NCBI GenBank assembly: GCA_965153285.1
Contig: OZ229129.1
Length of the DNA: 64,000 bases
Source of the DNA: Podarcis tiliguerta
Taxonomy: Eukaryota
Strand: one strand, 5' to 3'
A program made the position numbers and the translations under genes. The notes beneath the pieces are model-generated. The model was not told the DNA's origin, made no database searches, and was given only the letters and a program-made list of their open reading frames with translations. Below are positions 1 to 10,983 of this stretch, in pieces; the first letter of the stretch is position 1; the number at the start of each line of letters is the position of its first letter.

Positions 1-1830
1 TTTGGTGCCTCCCCACACATTGTACCAACTGGAGTAGGACTGACCGTCTCCTGGCCTAACCTACTTCACAGGGCTGTTGTGAGAATAAAGGGAGTGGGAA
101 ACCACATAAACATCATTGAGACTGATGGTTGTCCCTGGGGATTCTTCCTCTCTAACCTCCCCCTCCCCACACATCCAAGTGGCAAATAGGTGTGCATGAG
201 ATGTTTGCCTTTTCCTAAGGCCCATGGCAGTGAGGGAAGGGTTAAATGCTCCCTTCTCAAGTATTACTCTCCCAATTAAATTTAGAGTTCCTGTTTTGAA
301 GATGTAGAGTTGGCATAACTGGTGACAGAATCCTGAGTTATCGGAGGTTCACTCTCGCCTCTCCCACCTCACCCTAGCTTGGGCTCAGGTGTCCAGAAGC
401 CCCTTTCCTGCTATTCTGTGGTTGCTTTGCTAAGCAATGCTGTTCTTATGAATATTCCAGCTGGGTGGATTTTGTTGCTGCTAAGCTGCCAGCTTTTGGA
501 AAGGTTTGCACATTATGCTGTCCAGTATTTCTCACTGCAAGTTGTTCCCACCTGCTTTTTCCTTTCTGCCTCTTAGTGTTGAACCCTCTTGTAATTCATC
601 ACTCCTGGTGATCCAGTTTATTCTTACTGTTGATTAAATTAGTAAATGCAATCACAATCTGAAGTGATTTAATTGAGAGGATTTATTTGAACATGACAGT
701 TTAATGCATGTTTGATAAACTATTATAAGGTTTAATTTTGATTTTGCATAATTTAACTTTTAAATCTGCACAGGAGGGTCCCCCATCAACTATTAATGAC
801 CAAAATAAACTCTTTTAAGATGCATACATTTATAATTTATTTTGAAGACCAGGTTTTTGCCTCCTCAGTGTTGTTCTAGTGACAAAGTGACAAATATATT
901 GAAAATAATATTTGGAGCTCTTCAGCGGTGCTATAAATCTTTAGGAATGCATACAATTTATTAAAAGTTTGGAAAAGAAGTACAAGTTAGCATTTATATG
1001 GCAACAAGTGACAAACAAATGTGTGTGTTTGTCTTCCCAGGTGACCATCAAACACCCTGTCCCTTGCCAGCGACCCCTGGGGGCACGGTAGCTCCCTTGT
1101 CATAGGTAGCAAAAAGCACAACACTTCTGCTTATATAAATTCAGCATTAACTTCAGTAAAGGTAATTCCATATATAATCCACAATTATTATTTTTTGCAG
1201 TGTGGTGGATACTGCTTGAAGAGGTTCCTTGAACATACGAAAGCAATTTCAGGTAACTATTTGGGCTAATTACAGCCTTCATTTCATTTTTTACACACAT
1301 GAATGCAGGCCAAAACCTCCCTGGTGATGACTTCATGCCACGAGAATGCAGCAGTTGGTGTGTGTGTGTGTTATCCATTCATGGCAGGGAAAGAAAATTT
1401 CATTGATACAGATGATTGGCTCCAGAAGTGAGTGTTCGCCCACCATGACAATTTATTACTAGATGGCCATGGGCCAGCCCTGGTCTCAATTATTTCATTA
1501 TGTACATATGTACGGCTACATATTAATACATATGTATTAACTAACTTCTCTGGCAGGGGTGGGGAATATCAGGCCTGGGGCCAAACAATCTAACCCTTGG
1601 CACGCTTGCCAGGACACACATGCCTATGCCAGAGCACCCCCTATCTCCTGAGTGCCCTGCTCTGCACCTTCCTCAAGTGCTTTTGCCAGGCTTAGGGTGG
1701 TTCCCAGGAAATTTGCAGGACAAGCAAAATATCCCGGGCAGTGTGGGAAGCCACATATTACCAGTAACTGAATTTATGTGGTTACAGGTAGGTAGCCATG
1801 TTGGTCTGCCGTAGTCGAAACAAAATTTAA

Positions 1831-2262
1831 AAATTCCTTCCAGTAGCACCTTAGAGACCAACTAAGTTTATTATTGGTATGAGCTTTCGTGTGCATACCA
1901 ATAACAAACTTTGTGTTCGAAGAAGTGTGCATGCACACGGAAACTCATACCAATAACAAACTTAAAGGTAAGGGTAAAGGGACCCCTGACCATTAGGTCC
2001 AGTCGTGGCCGACTCTGGGGCTGCAGCGCTCATCTCGCTTTATTGGCCGAGGGAGCCGGCGTACAGCTTCCGGGTCATGTGGCCAGCATGACTAAGCCGC
2101 TTCTGGCAAATCAGAGCAGCGCACGGAAACGCCGTTTACCTTCCCGCCAGAGCGGTACCTATTTATCTACTTGCACTTTGACGTGCTTTTGAACTGCTAG
2201 GTTGGCAGGAAATAAATAACTTAGTTGGTCTCTAATGTGCTACTGGAAGGATTTTTTTTATT
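1831..2262. mobile_element. Penelope-like element remnant (tail-to-tail inverted repeat), interrupted by a Sauria SINE
   Basis: Left arm ccttccagtagcaccttagagaccaactaagtt (~1836-1868) is the near reverse complement of the right arm aacttagttggtctctaatgtgctactggaagg (~2218-2250). Inner tatgagctttcgtgtgcat / gtgtgcatgcacacggaaactcata resembles squamate Penelope terminal palindromes. Family recognised from memory. Confidence 0.6.
1964..2209 (-). mobile_element. Sauria SINE, 5'-truncated
   Basis: Starts with aaaggtaagggtaaaggg (reverse complement of the (ACCTTT)n tail). Body gggtcatgtggccagcatgac...tacctatttatctacttgcac...gaactgctaggttggcagg is shared with the copies at 36.1 and 40.6 kb. Approximate TSD aataacaaactta / aataaataactta. 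Confidence 0.85.
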
Positions 2263-2799
2263 TTGAATTTATGTGGGAGATTGAAATAAAAATCCAGTGC
2301 CACAGATAACAGCATAACAAAATAATGGTTGATTTCCCAATCCTATAGAAAAGGGCTTCTTTTACTACAGTTAAACAATAGACAGGGCAGTGAATTTCCC
2401 CAATGTGGGAGTTGTTATCGATGGGATTAGTTGCAAAAACCGAGAAAAAAGTGAAAAAAGGAGAGCTTACAAGCGTGTGGAGCATCTGTGCCACTCCAGA
2501 TGTTGTTTACCCCAGTGGCTCCCATCAGCATAACGGCTGGAAGGCTGGAGACCCCATCCTGCCTTTCATTTTTTCAATTTTTCCTTTCCAGGCAGGAGAA
2601 AGTAAATCAATTGTATGTTCACACTATGCACCGAAAGCGCTGAGAGACCACTTTAAAGAGCCCTGGCTCCCCCCTCCTCGCCCCCGCTCCATGAATCCTG
2701 GGATCTATGAGCGGCAGGTTGCAGAGTGGTTTGGCAATCAATCCCTTTTCGCAAGGAGCTCCGGGAATCGTAACTGTAGAGCCTCGTACCCATCTCCAG

Positions 2800-3480
2800 T
2801 ACCTTACACAAACTACATTTCCCAGTATTCTTTTCTTATGGGGGCGCGGAGGTGCAGAGCCACGACTGGCTTAAAGCAATATGAAGCCACTTTAATGCAT
2901 GTCATTGAATGTAGCCCAAGGCCGCAGCAAGGCTTTGGACTTTCCTCTCCGTTGCTAGGTAACCGCTTCCCGGTTCGCACTTCCGCCTTGGAGGCCGCGG
3001 CGGATTGGCGCCCTGCGATGATGCAATCGGCCCGCGCGGCTCTTTCCTCGCCGCTGCCCCAAAGGAAGGAAGGCAGAAAAGCTGAGGGGACGAGAGAGAC
3101 AGATCAGTCGTGGTGCTGCCGCCGTCCGTCCGTCCCTTCCTCCCGTCCCTCCCTAGCCATGAATAGTCTCCGCCGCCTCCGCTGGTCCCCGGTGAGTCCA
3201 CAGAATGCCCCGTGGGTGGGTGTGAGGCGGGAGAGCCCCGATAATGCCTGGAAGGGTTGGGAGTGGCAAAGGACTTCTGGAAGTCCCGACGGCGATGGTG
3301 TTTCAGCCCCTTGAGGGAGTTCAGGGCGCTGCATGTGGACCCGCTGCCCTCCTCCCCGTAGTTATAATCCCCACAACAGCCCTGCGGAGTAGGCTGGGCG
3401 GATTCATTGGGGTTTGCCCGGCTTCTGCCTGCCGCGCCCCATTCCCCCCCCCCCCCACGCAGCCAAACAAACGGGTGAAT
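2800..3480 (+). promoter_or_regulatory. TMEM250: CpG-island promoter of TMEM250
   Basis: Sharp CpG enrichment. ZNF143/Staf-type motif ACTACATTTCCCAG 2812-2825, RFX X-box-like GTTGCTAGGTAAC 2951-2963, ETS core ACTTCCG 2979-2985, reverse CCAAT (ATTGG) 3004-3008, and a consensus splice donor CCG|GTGAGT after 3191. Confidence 0.75.
3060..3191 (+). other. TMEM250: TMEM250 exon 1 (5' leader; start approximate) containing an upstream ATG at 3159
   Basis: Donor ccg|gtgagt at 3191/3192 inside the CpG island. The downstream coding exon has polypyrimidine+AG acceptors at 6341, 6382 and 6386. The TSS cannot be determined from sequence. Confidence 0.65.
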
Positions 3481-3714
3481 GTATGACCGGCCCTTTGGGC
3501 AGCCTGGAAGAATTGAGGCCGCCTGCCTTTTGCACGGCAAAAAATGCCCCTGCCTGGCGACTGCTGATGACTGAGCTGCTCTGTGGGTCAGCTTCCCAGC
3601 GCACCGTCCATGGGGTCACCAGAGCACCAGCCATGCTCCTGCTGTTGCTGAGTTTCCCTCCTTTGCCTTGTTCGCCCGTGTGAATGTCGGACTTAAGGAA
3701 GGCCCTGCAGAGGG

Positions 3715-3870
3715 TGGCAGGAAGCATCTCTGGTATGGTTAGTGGTAGAGCGTGGTCTGCAGGTAGCATCTCCTCCAGGTAGGGCTGGAATCTTGCCTGA
3801 AGCCCTGGAGAACTGCTGCCAGTCCATGCGGGTGGGCAAGACAGGTCAATGGTCTGACCCTGACCTTCCT
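3715..3870 (+). mobile_element. Degenerate tRNA-derived squamate SINE (Squam3-like)
   Basis: gttagtggtagagc (A-box-like) followed by cctgaagccctggagaactgctgccagtc...caatggtctgacc; the same motif recurs at 28.7, 40.1, 41.2 and 51.7 kb. Confidence 0.5.
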
Positions 3871-3955
3871 AGGTGTGATAGTTGACAGGGAAGCAAGAGA
3901 CATCTTTTATGTTATACTGTACCGGTAAATTCAGATGGAAGACCTTTGTAGAAAT

Positions 3956-4061
3956 TTGTTGTTGTTTAGTCGTTTAGTCGTGTCCAACTCTTCGTGACCC
4001 CATGGACCAGAGCACGCCAGGCACTCCTGTCTTCCACTGCCTCCCGCTATTTGGTCAAATA
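3956..4061 (-). mobile_element. BovB (RTE-clade LINE) 3'-end fragment
   Basis: (ttg)n tail plus gtcgtgtccaactcttcgtgaccccatggaccagagcacg, nearly identical to the 3' ends at 20.4 and 33.95 kb. 9-bp TSD tgtagaaat at 3947-3955 and 4062-4070. Confidence 0.85.
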
Positions 4062-5902
4062 TGTAGAAATAGATGGTGCTTTTTCCCCCTGAGGATACGC
4101 AAAGGTATGCAGTACCAGCACCTTTTTTCCTAGAAGAAAAGCATTGGTTAAAAGTGTGGCATTTACTGTAAAAACTTCATGGTGAGTACCAGCACTTTTT
4201 TTCTCTAGGTGAAAAGTGCTGCTTATCAATAAACCCACATCTGAGTGAAAGAAATTTCTACATCATAGCAGAAAAGTTGCCTAGTGAGAAATAAGATGCA
4301 GACAAGATTCACTCATTTGTGCATTAATTGTTTATATTCAGACATGCCACTTGAGTAGAGGTCATATTTGCTTCCTGGGATTTACTTGTGCGGAATAAAT
4401 CACAGCTTGCATGAGTGGGAAATCTGAGCTGGATTCTTGATCTGAAGCTGTAGTGCGCAAGTGGCAAAAGAGGGTTAGTGACTTTCATGAGAGGTCATCG
4501 AGCATGATGATAATAAGCTCCCCAAATCCACACCTTGTTCATCTCCACATATAAGGTATAAGCAGAGATTTTAAATTTATGACTGTGTTCCATATTGTAA
4601 GTGGCAGGTAGGGGCTATGCTGTGGAGGCAAAGTAGTTTAAGAAATTGTTGTGCTCAGCTGTGGTATCTGGAAGACAGGATGCCCTATGCTTTAAGAACA
4701 AAGATGCTATTTCAGTGATTTTTAATAAACTAAGAAGGTTCCCCTGGCTCAGCAGAGGAATAATTCCTTTTCCCTTTCTTGGGTCAAGAGTCAAATGCAG
4801 ATACTTTACAGTGTCCTTGGAGGCAAGGATACTTTTGTGGGAGAGAAGTGCAGTCAGAATCTACCACTGACTGGGCTCTTATCTTGTATTTGTATTTGTT
4901 GCGTCAGAGTGTTTAGGAACATTGTGTGTTTGTCTCAGCAAATCTGTCTCATAGTTAACGTTTTTCAGTTACTTTCCTTTCACTGTTGTCAGATTGGAGC
5001 TGTGCATGGCAAGTAGGCAGTGGTCTGGACTCATTGCTGCAGTGTGGATAGTGAGTATTAAACGTGTCTTTTGTGATGAATCCTCTGTGCTCTAATCAGC
5101 TATCTGGAGATCTAGTGGGTGGGATTCGTTGCAGGGGTGTTAGGCAGGATTGATTGATCACAAAATCAAGCCCTCAAACATCCCCTGGTGTAGCAGTGAA
5201 GCCATGGGCTTAAAAAACCCCTCTCATAAAAAGCCTCATAGCTTGAAGTACTACTGTGTGTTTAAAACATGACAGATGCAGGGGAAATGTTACAGGTAGC
5301 CTCTCTGAAAGGGTCCTTCCAGATGCAAATGAATCTACATTTTACATACGTGATGGTGTATTGTATGTGGGCTTTTCCCTGTGCCTGTGACAACATGTTA
5401 TATGTAAAATGGCCTTTTAGAATTCTCTTATTACAGAAGAAACCATCTGGGTTCTTGACCAGCCTGTCTGTCCACCTTCCCTTTTTTTATCACCTGGATA
5501 GAACTCTTTCTGGTCATACACTCCCTGGCTTTCCATCATCCAAACCAACCTACTTCCTTACCAAAGCTAAACTGTTTTTTGGCATTTTATTGATGACATT
5601 CTAGTCTAGTTGCTGAATTTTTTTTTGACTTTGCAGCAACTCAGCCAATGGTTTGGGATTCACCATCCACCAGTTTTTAACCTACTTATATGGTGTGAGA
5701 ATTTTGCGTAAGCTGTTCATCTGCGATTCTCTTCCTAATGTATTAAGATCTCCATAGACTTCCCATCAATAGTTCTCTTACACTTGTTCCATTAGTAATT
5801 TTCCAGGCTTGGCGATTGGCTAGGAAAATCTTAGAGTGAGTTGATCAGTTAAAAACTGGAAATGTTTTGGAGCATTCATGCGCCAGGCCAGGTTGACTTT
5901 AC

Positions 5903-6135
5903 ATATAAGAGCGGCCTGCACAATCAGACCAAAGGTGGTCCATCTAATCCAGCGTCATACTCTCACAGTGGCCAGCCAGATGCCCCAAAGAGAAACCTGC
6001 GAGCAGAACTTGAGTGCAACAGCGCTCTCTCCACTTGCAATTCCTAGCAACTGGTACTCAGAGGCATACTGCCTCTGACAGCAGAGGGAGAACATTGCCA
6101 TTGTGACCAGTAGCCATTGATAGCCTTGTCCTCCT
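5903..6135 (-). mobile_element. CR1-type LINE 3'-end fragment
   Basis: ...ccatctaatccagc...ctcacagtggccagccagatgcc...gatagccttgtcctcc; homologous to 7210-7435 and to shorter pieces near 28.9, 30.8, 40.4 and 53.0 kb. Family assignment from memory. Confidence 0.5.
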
Positions 6136-6523
6136 TCATGACTTTGTCTTGTCTTTATAATTCATCCAGGTTGGCCTCCTGTGGGAGCAAGCTATAGTTT
6201 GCACTGTGTGACAGGTGACTCTGGGTGACTCTGCTTTTGGCTGCTTTCTGGGAAGCAACCTTTTGGCCAGCATGGGTGCAGATGGGCCCTGGTTTGGAGC
6301 CAGTCTTCCAGCCCTCCCCATGGTCCTCCTTGCCCTCTCAGGTTTTTTCTCAACCTGACTCTCCTTCTGTTCCTTCCTGCAGGCAGCCTCCATCCCGGCA
6401 AGTGCTTGTGCTCCTGGGTCGCCGGTCTTCCCCTCCATCTCCACCTTCACCTTCATGGATGCTGCCTGGGTCCTCCCAAGCAATCCCTGCTCTCTGGCTC
6501 TGTAGAAGGTGGGGTGGTGCCTG

Positions 6524-6943
6524 ATGCCTGTCATCCCCATCCCGCGGCGGGTCCGCTCTTTCCATGGCCCCCACACAACATGCCTGCACTCTGCATGTGG
6601 GCCGGTCAGGACCACCCACTTGGTGCGCACCAAGTACAACAACTTTGACATCTACCTGAAGTCCCGGTGGATGTATGGCTTCATCCGTTTCTTGCTGTAC
6701 TTCAGCTGCAGCCTGTTTACCTCCATCCTGTGGGTGGTGCTGTCAGTCTTGTTTTGCCTCCAGTACCTCAGCATCCGGGTCTTTCTCCGTTTCCAGTACA
6801 AACTCACCATCTTCCTGCTGTTGCTGGGAAGGAGGCGTGTGGACTTTAGCCTCTTCAACGAACTGCTCATCTATGGCATCCATGTCACCATGCTGCTGGT
6901 GGGGGGGCTGGGCTGGTGCTTCATGGTCTTTGTGGATATGTGA
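6524..6943 (+). CDS. TMEM250: Transmembrane protein 250 (C9orf69), 139 aa, single coding exon
   Basis: MPVIPIPRRVRSFHGPHTTCLHSACGPVR...YNNFDIY...RFLLYFSCSLFT...GIHVTMLLVGGLGWCFMVFVDM matches human TMEM250 (139 aa) as recalled. Two hydrophobic segments; lies upstream of NACC2 on the same strand as in human. The true start is ATG 6524, not the GTG at 6509 used by the ORF track. Confidence 0.95.
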   Translation: MPVIPIPRRVRSFHGPHTTCLHSACGPVRTTHLVRTKYNNFDIYLKSRWMYGFIRFLLYFSCSLFTSILWVVLSVLFCLQYLSIRVFLRFQYKLTIFLLLLGRRRVDFSLFNELLIYGIHVTMLLVGGLGWCFMVFVDM

Positions 6944-6952
6944 ATAAATAAA
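6943..6952 (+). terminator. TMEM250: Tandem AATAAA poly(A) signals overlapping the TMEM250 stop codon
   Basis: TGAATAAATAAA contains AATAAA at 6943-6948 and 6947-6952, followed by GT-rich sequence at ~6997-7025. Confidence 0.45.
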
Positions 6953-7209
6953 AAACCAGTGCATGTCGGTCAAGGAGGCATGTTGGACTCTAACTTGGGT
7001 TAGGTCTTGTATGTGTGAATGTGTCCTCTTCTCCCTCACTTTGTCCTACTGCTGAGGTTTATAAATTAATGGGTACTCGCTTAGAAGTAAGGATTGGAAG
7101 TTGACTTGGAAATTCATTTCTAATTCTTCATTGCCCTTGGTTGGTAATATGTGGAAAACAAATCGTATTTTTATCTGCTTCATTTTTTGCCATAAGCACC
7201 TGCCATATG

Positions 7210-7435
7210 TGGCCAATGGCCCATCTAGTCCAGTGTCCTGTTCTCACAGTGACCAGCCAGATGCCTCATTGGGAAGCTCACAAGCATTCAAGCACAAGAG
7301 CCCTCTCCCCTCCTGTGGTTTCCAGAAAATGGTATTTGGAAGCGTTGCTGCCCCCAACTGTGGAGGCAGAGTATAGCCATCATGGTTAGTAGCCTTGTCC
7401 TTCATGAATTTGTCTAATCTCTTTTAGATCCATCC
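7210..7435 (-). mobile_element. CR1-type LINE 3'-end fragment
   Basis: ggcccatctagtccagtgtcctgttctcacagtgaccagccagatgcc...atgaatttgtctaatctctttt; paralogous to 5903-6135. Confidence 0.5.
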
Positions 7436-10400
7436 AAAATCCATCTCTTTTGGAATCTAATGGTATTTAAGTGGGCCCTGCAACAAATTGTTGCAGTCCA
7501 TTCCTGCCTCTTAACAGGGACCAGCCAAGATAACCTCCAGGGTACTCCGTTCCATCCTCCCCTTGTTTTCTTTTCCAACTAGCACTAAAAATTAGGTGGC
7601 CACTAAGCATGCTGAATCCTCATTCTTTCTTAAAAAGTATTTGATGTACTTCTGCGAACTTTCGGGGGCTCTTTCCTCCTGTTGCTCAGTGGCTGTTCTT
7701 CAGTCTTTCCTGAGTTTGCTCTTGGAGGCAGGGATGTGTTGTGTGCTTGCTGCCCCCAATGCCATTCTCAGGGCAGCCCCTCAGGATCTCAACGGGCTGT
7801 TGCCATTCCACTGCAGAGTTCTTTTGCTCAGACTATTGAAAAAACATATCTTGTATACGGACAGTTGTGCACTTCCATCCCTGTATCTTGGCTGAGGGAT
7901 GTAAAATACAGAACTCTGAGGAACTGTTTGTTTCAGCACTATCATTTATCTATTTTATTCCGGAATTTATAAACTCCACTGGTGTACAAAAAATAAATAT
8001 AAAACATAATACAAATCTCAAAACAATGAAAAATGTGAAGCCAACAAGAATTAAAAGGCACAAAAATATAAGTGACCAATTTGGGAAAGCTTGGTGGGAA
8101 AAACATTTTTTACAAACATTGGAAACTGAAAGGTGTTGGGTCCTGCTTCCCTTCCAGAGGAAGAGAATTCCACAAAGCTAAGAGCATGTGGATTGATGCA
8201 TTCTTGCCCCTCGTTCTGAGATTTCCTCTCACATTAGCCACCCCCAGTTCCTTTCAGGGTTACAATGGTTTCCAGATTAAAGCTGAAGATGGACAGGGCT
8301 AGTGTAGCCAAGGTAGGCGAATAGTGGAGATACCAACAAGGGTCTCCCAGGTTCAGCTCTTGTCTTCCATGGGTTGCCAAGCAGCCTTAGGCTAGCCTTG
8401 GCGCCCTACCACACTGGTGTAGTACTTGCCTACCTCACAGGGTTCTTGGTATAAAGGATGGGAAGCACTCTGAAGTGTGTGTTTTTCCAGTGTTGGGCTG
8501 TGTGTGCCTCCATTCTGCAGCAGGAACCAGTTTTGCATTTGCAGAGTGATCCACTGACTCAGAGTCCTGGAGAAGACTAGAAGAAACTTCTGCAACTCGG
8601 GAGAGGGAGGAGGAAGAGAGAGCTTTTCCTTGGTATTCCATTTAAGCAGCAAAAAGGTGGAGGAAAGGTGGTGGAAGAGCCTCTGGGAACATGGACTTCT
8701 CTTGGAGGAGAGAGTTGTGGAAGGAATCTCTGCCTTGTGAGGTTTTTTTGTGGGGGGTGAGGGGCTTCATCTCCTGCTCAGCTTCCTCCTGCCCATGCAT
8801 TGGACTTTGGTCATATTTTGGGCTTCCAGTCATAGTATCAAATGGACAGGCTTTCCCCAGTGGTGGGTCTGCCAGTGTTGCTGTCTGAAAGTCATTTATG
8901 TGCAGCAGGATGCCAGGCAGGGATGGCAGATTCCAAATGCTGGTTTGCCAGCTCCCTGGGGCATCTGGGTGGGCCAAGAACATGGAGCCCATTTTATTTT
9001 GGAAAGGGAAAGTGAGAGAGACATGTTCCACCTCCTGGGATGTGATTTGTCACTGGGTTTCAGTTCAGGAATCCTGGGCTTTTGCCAGCTCTTTCAGCAT
9101 CTGCCCTTGGTGGCTGTCACTGCCTCTTGTGGGAGCGAGTTCCAGAGTTTAAATATGTGCCATGTGAAGAAGTCCTTCCTTTTGTCTGTTCTGAAGTGTT
9201 TTGCTTCTGTCTTTTGCTTGGTCAAAGAGTTTCTGTAGTTCTTGGACAAGGGTGTGAGTGGGAAGGAGAATAAAGATCTCCTTTCATTTCTTCGTGTGCC
9301 AACCCTGTGACTTTGCTTTCTCTCTCTCTTTCTCTCGCACCAAAGCAAAAGATTCTGCACAGAAAACGACCTACGGACAAAATTATTGCCACAAATCGTA
9401 TTGCTTTGAATTAATTTCTCTTTGTTTTCTTCCGTGTCTGGGGTCTACCTTGATATATAGTTACATGGCAGTTTTAATCCAGGCTACAAATAAGGATTAT
9501 TATTATTTTTTAGAAGGAGGAGGGTGTTGTTTGTATCGGTAGATCTTGCAGGCCCAGGACCATTGTAACCAAGGAGAGGAAGCTTTTTTGTGGTGTGGGA
9601 TGCCTGATATAGGGAATATAGCTGCTGGGGGTCTTGAGGTCATGGTTGAGTGGCCAAGAGGAGTGAAGAGTAAACTTTTGCACTTTGGTTGCTGGTTTCC
9701 CTCCAGCTCAGTTTTCTGGAATCCCTTTTATTAAGAGGTTATTTCTGTTGTGAATCAGAACACATTGTTATAAGGAGCGGCTCATTAAAGTGTCCAACAC
9801 AGAGACTGGACTCCAGCCATCTCCTGAGGCCTTTCCTTGGACCCAGTCCCTGTCCTGTGACACATCCATGCCCTTCACCCCCACCCTGCTGCTTTGCCCT
9901 TTCTATGCTGTAGCTGCAGCACCATAATTCAAGTTATGCAAATGCCATACTGTGCTGCGACGTTCAAAAAGAAACAAATTAAGGCCAGGTGGGGTCAGAA
10001 AGAAACTGAGCACTGATTTTCTGTTCCTAGAAATGTGTTCCCTGAAATCTTGAGAGAGGCCAGATAAAAGGGGCCACATGGATGAGTGTTTGGTTTTGGG
10101 TTTTTGTGTGTCCGCACAAATTCCTAACCAGTTGGTATACTTTAAAGAAGAAAGACCCTGTTAATAGCTGGGAGGGCAATCTGGATTACGCTCTAGGAGA
10201 CATTATCCTACCCTTCTCCCTGCCTGTTTCCTGCTGAGCTGGAGAATGGGGCAGGACTCTCAAATCCCCTGGATTCCAACTCCCATCCTCATCATCTCTG
10301 ACCATTGGCCGCCCAGCAGACTCCTGGGAGTTGGAGACCAGCAACACCTGCAGGGTTACAGATGCTCCCCAGCTCTCCCGTACCCCTACTTTCTCTCCCT

Positions 10401-10899
10401 TGTTCAACTTAGGCCTCCTCCTCAAGAATTTGCCTTATTAATGGATTAGCCATATTCTTTCCAACCTGTGATTAGTTCTCCCTCAACTTCTGCAGTAGCC
10501 AGATTAGCTACACAGATGCAAAGGCTCTGTGTGTGCGTATGCGTGGCTTGCCATCCCAAATGTCTCAGCTGATATACATATATATACTTAGAGTATATTT
10601 TTAGGCTACCCAACCCCAAAACATTCTCTGGGCAGCTGGCAGTAAATATTAAACACATCAAATATACAAAATGAGTCTTGAAGCATTAAGAATAAACTCA
10701 GCGCTAGAGAGCAAAATCTGTGCTATAAACTCATCCTTCTTAGAAGGGTGTGGCCAGAGGATCCCCACATTGTTATAGGCAAAGGAAAATGCCAGTGGGG
10801 GTCTCTGGGGACCCTTTGGGGTAGGTTCTTCTTACAGCATTGGTTGGCTGCTGAACTTGGATCTGAGAAGGAGGTATTCTCCCCCCTCCCCCCATGCCA

Positions 10900-10983
10900 A
10901 GCAGGAGTTGCCCAAAGGAGGCATACAAGGCACCATCCAGCCACCTTAGGGACTCCACTTTAGATTTGTGTAGGGTTTACTCC
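10900..10983 (-). mobile_element. RTE-LINE 5'-region fragment (host of the L2 insertion; resumes at ~12529)
   Basis: gcaggagttgcc...cttagggactccactttagatttgtgtagggtttactcc matches 38095-38175 and overlaps the motif at 46117-46129. Confidence 0.55.

Noticed and set aside
2403-3314. 303-aa + strand ORF, and the 212-aa minus ORF 2902-3540, across the TMEM250 CpG island
   Set aside because: No recognisable domain; GC-rich stop-poor sequence crossing promoter motifs and a splice donor. Only the ATG-3159 segment is retained as a uORF candidate.
6406-6947. Alternative-frame ORFs overlapping TMEM250 (6406-6648, 6667-6849, 6675-6947) and antisense ORFs
   Set aside because: Near-cognate or internal starts and no homology; expected shadows of a GC-rich CDS.
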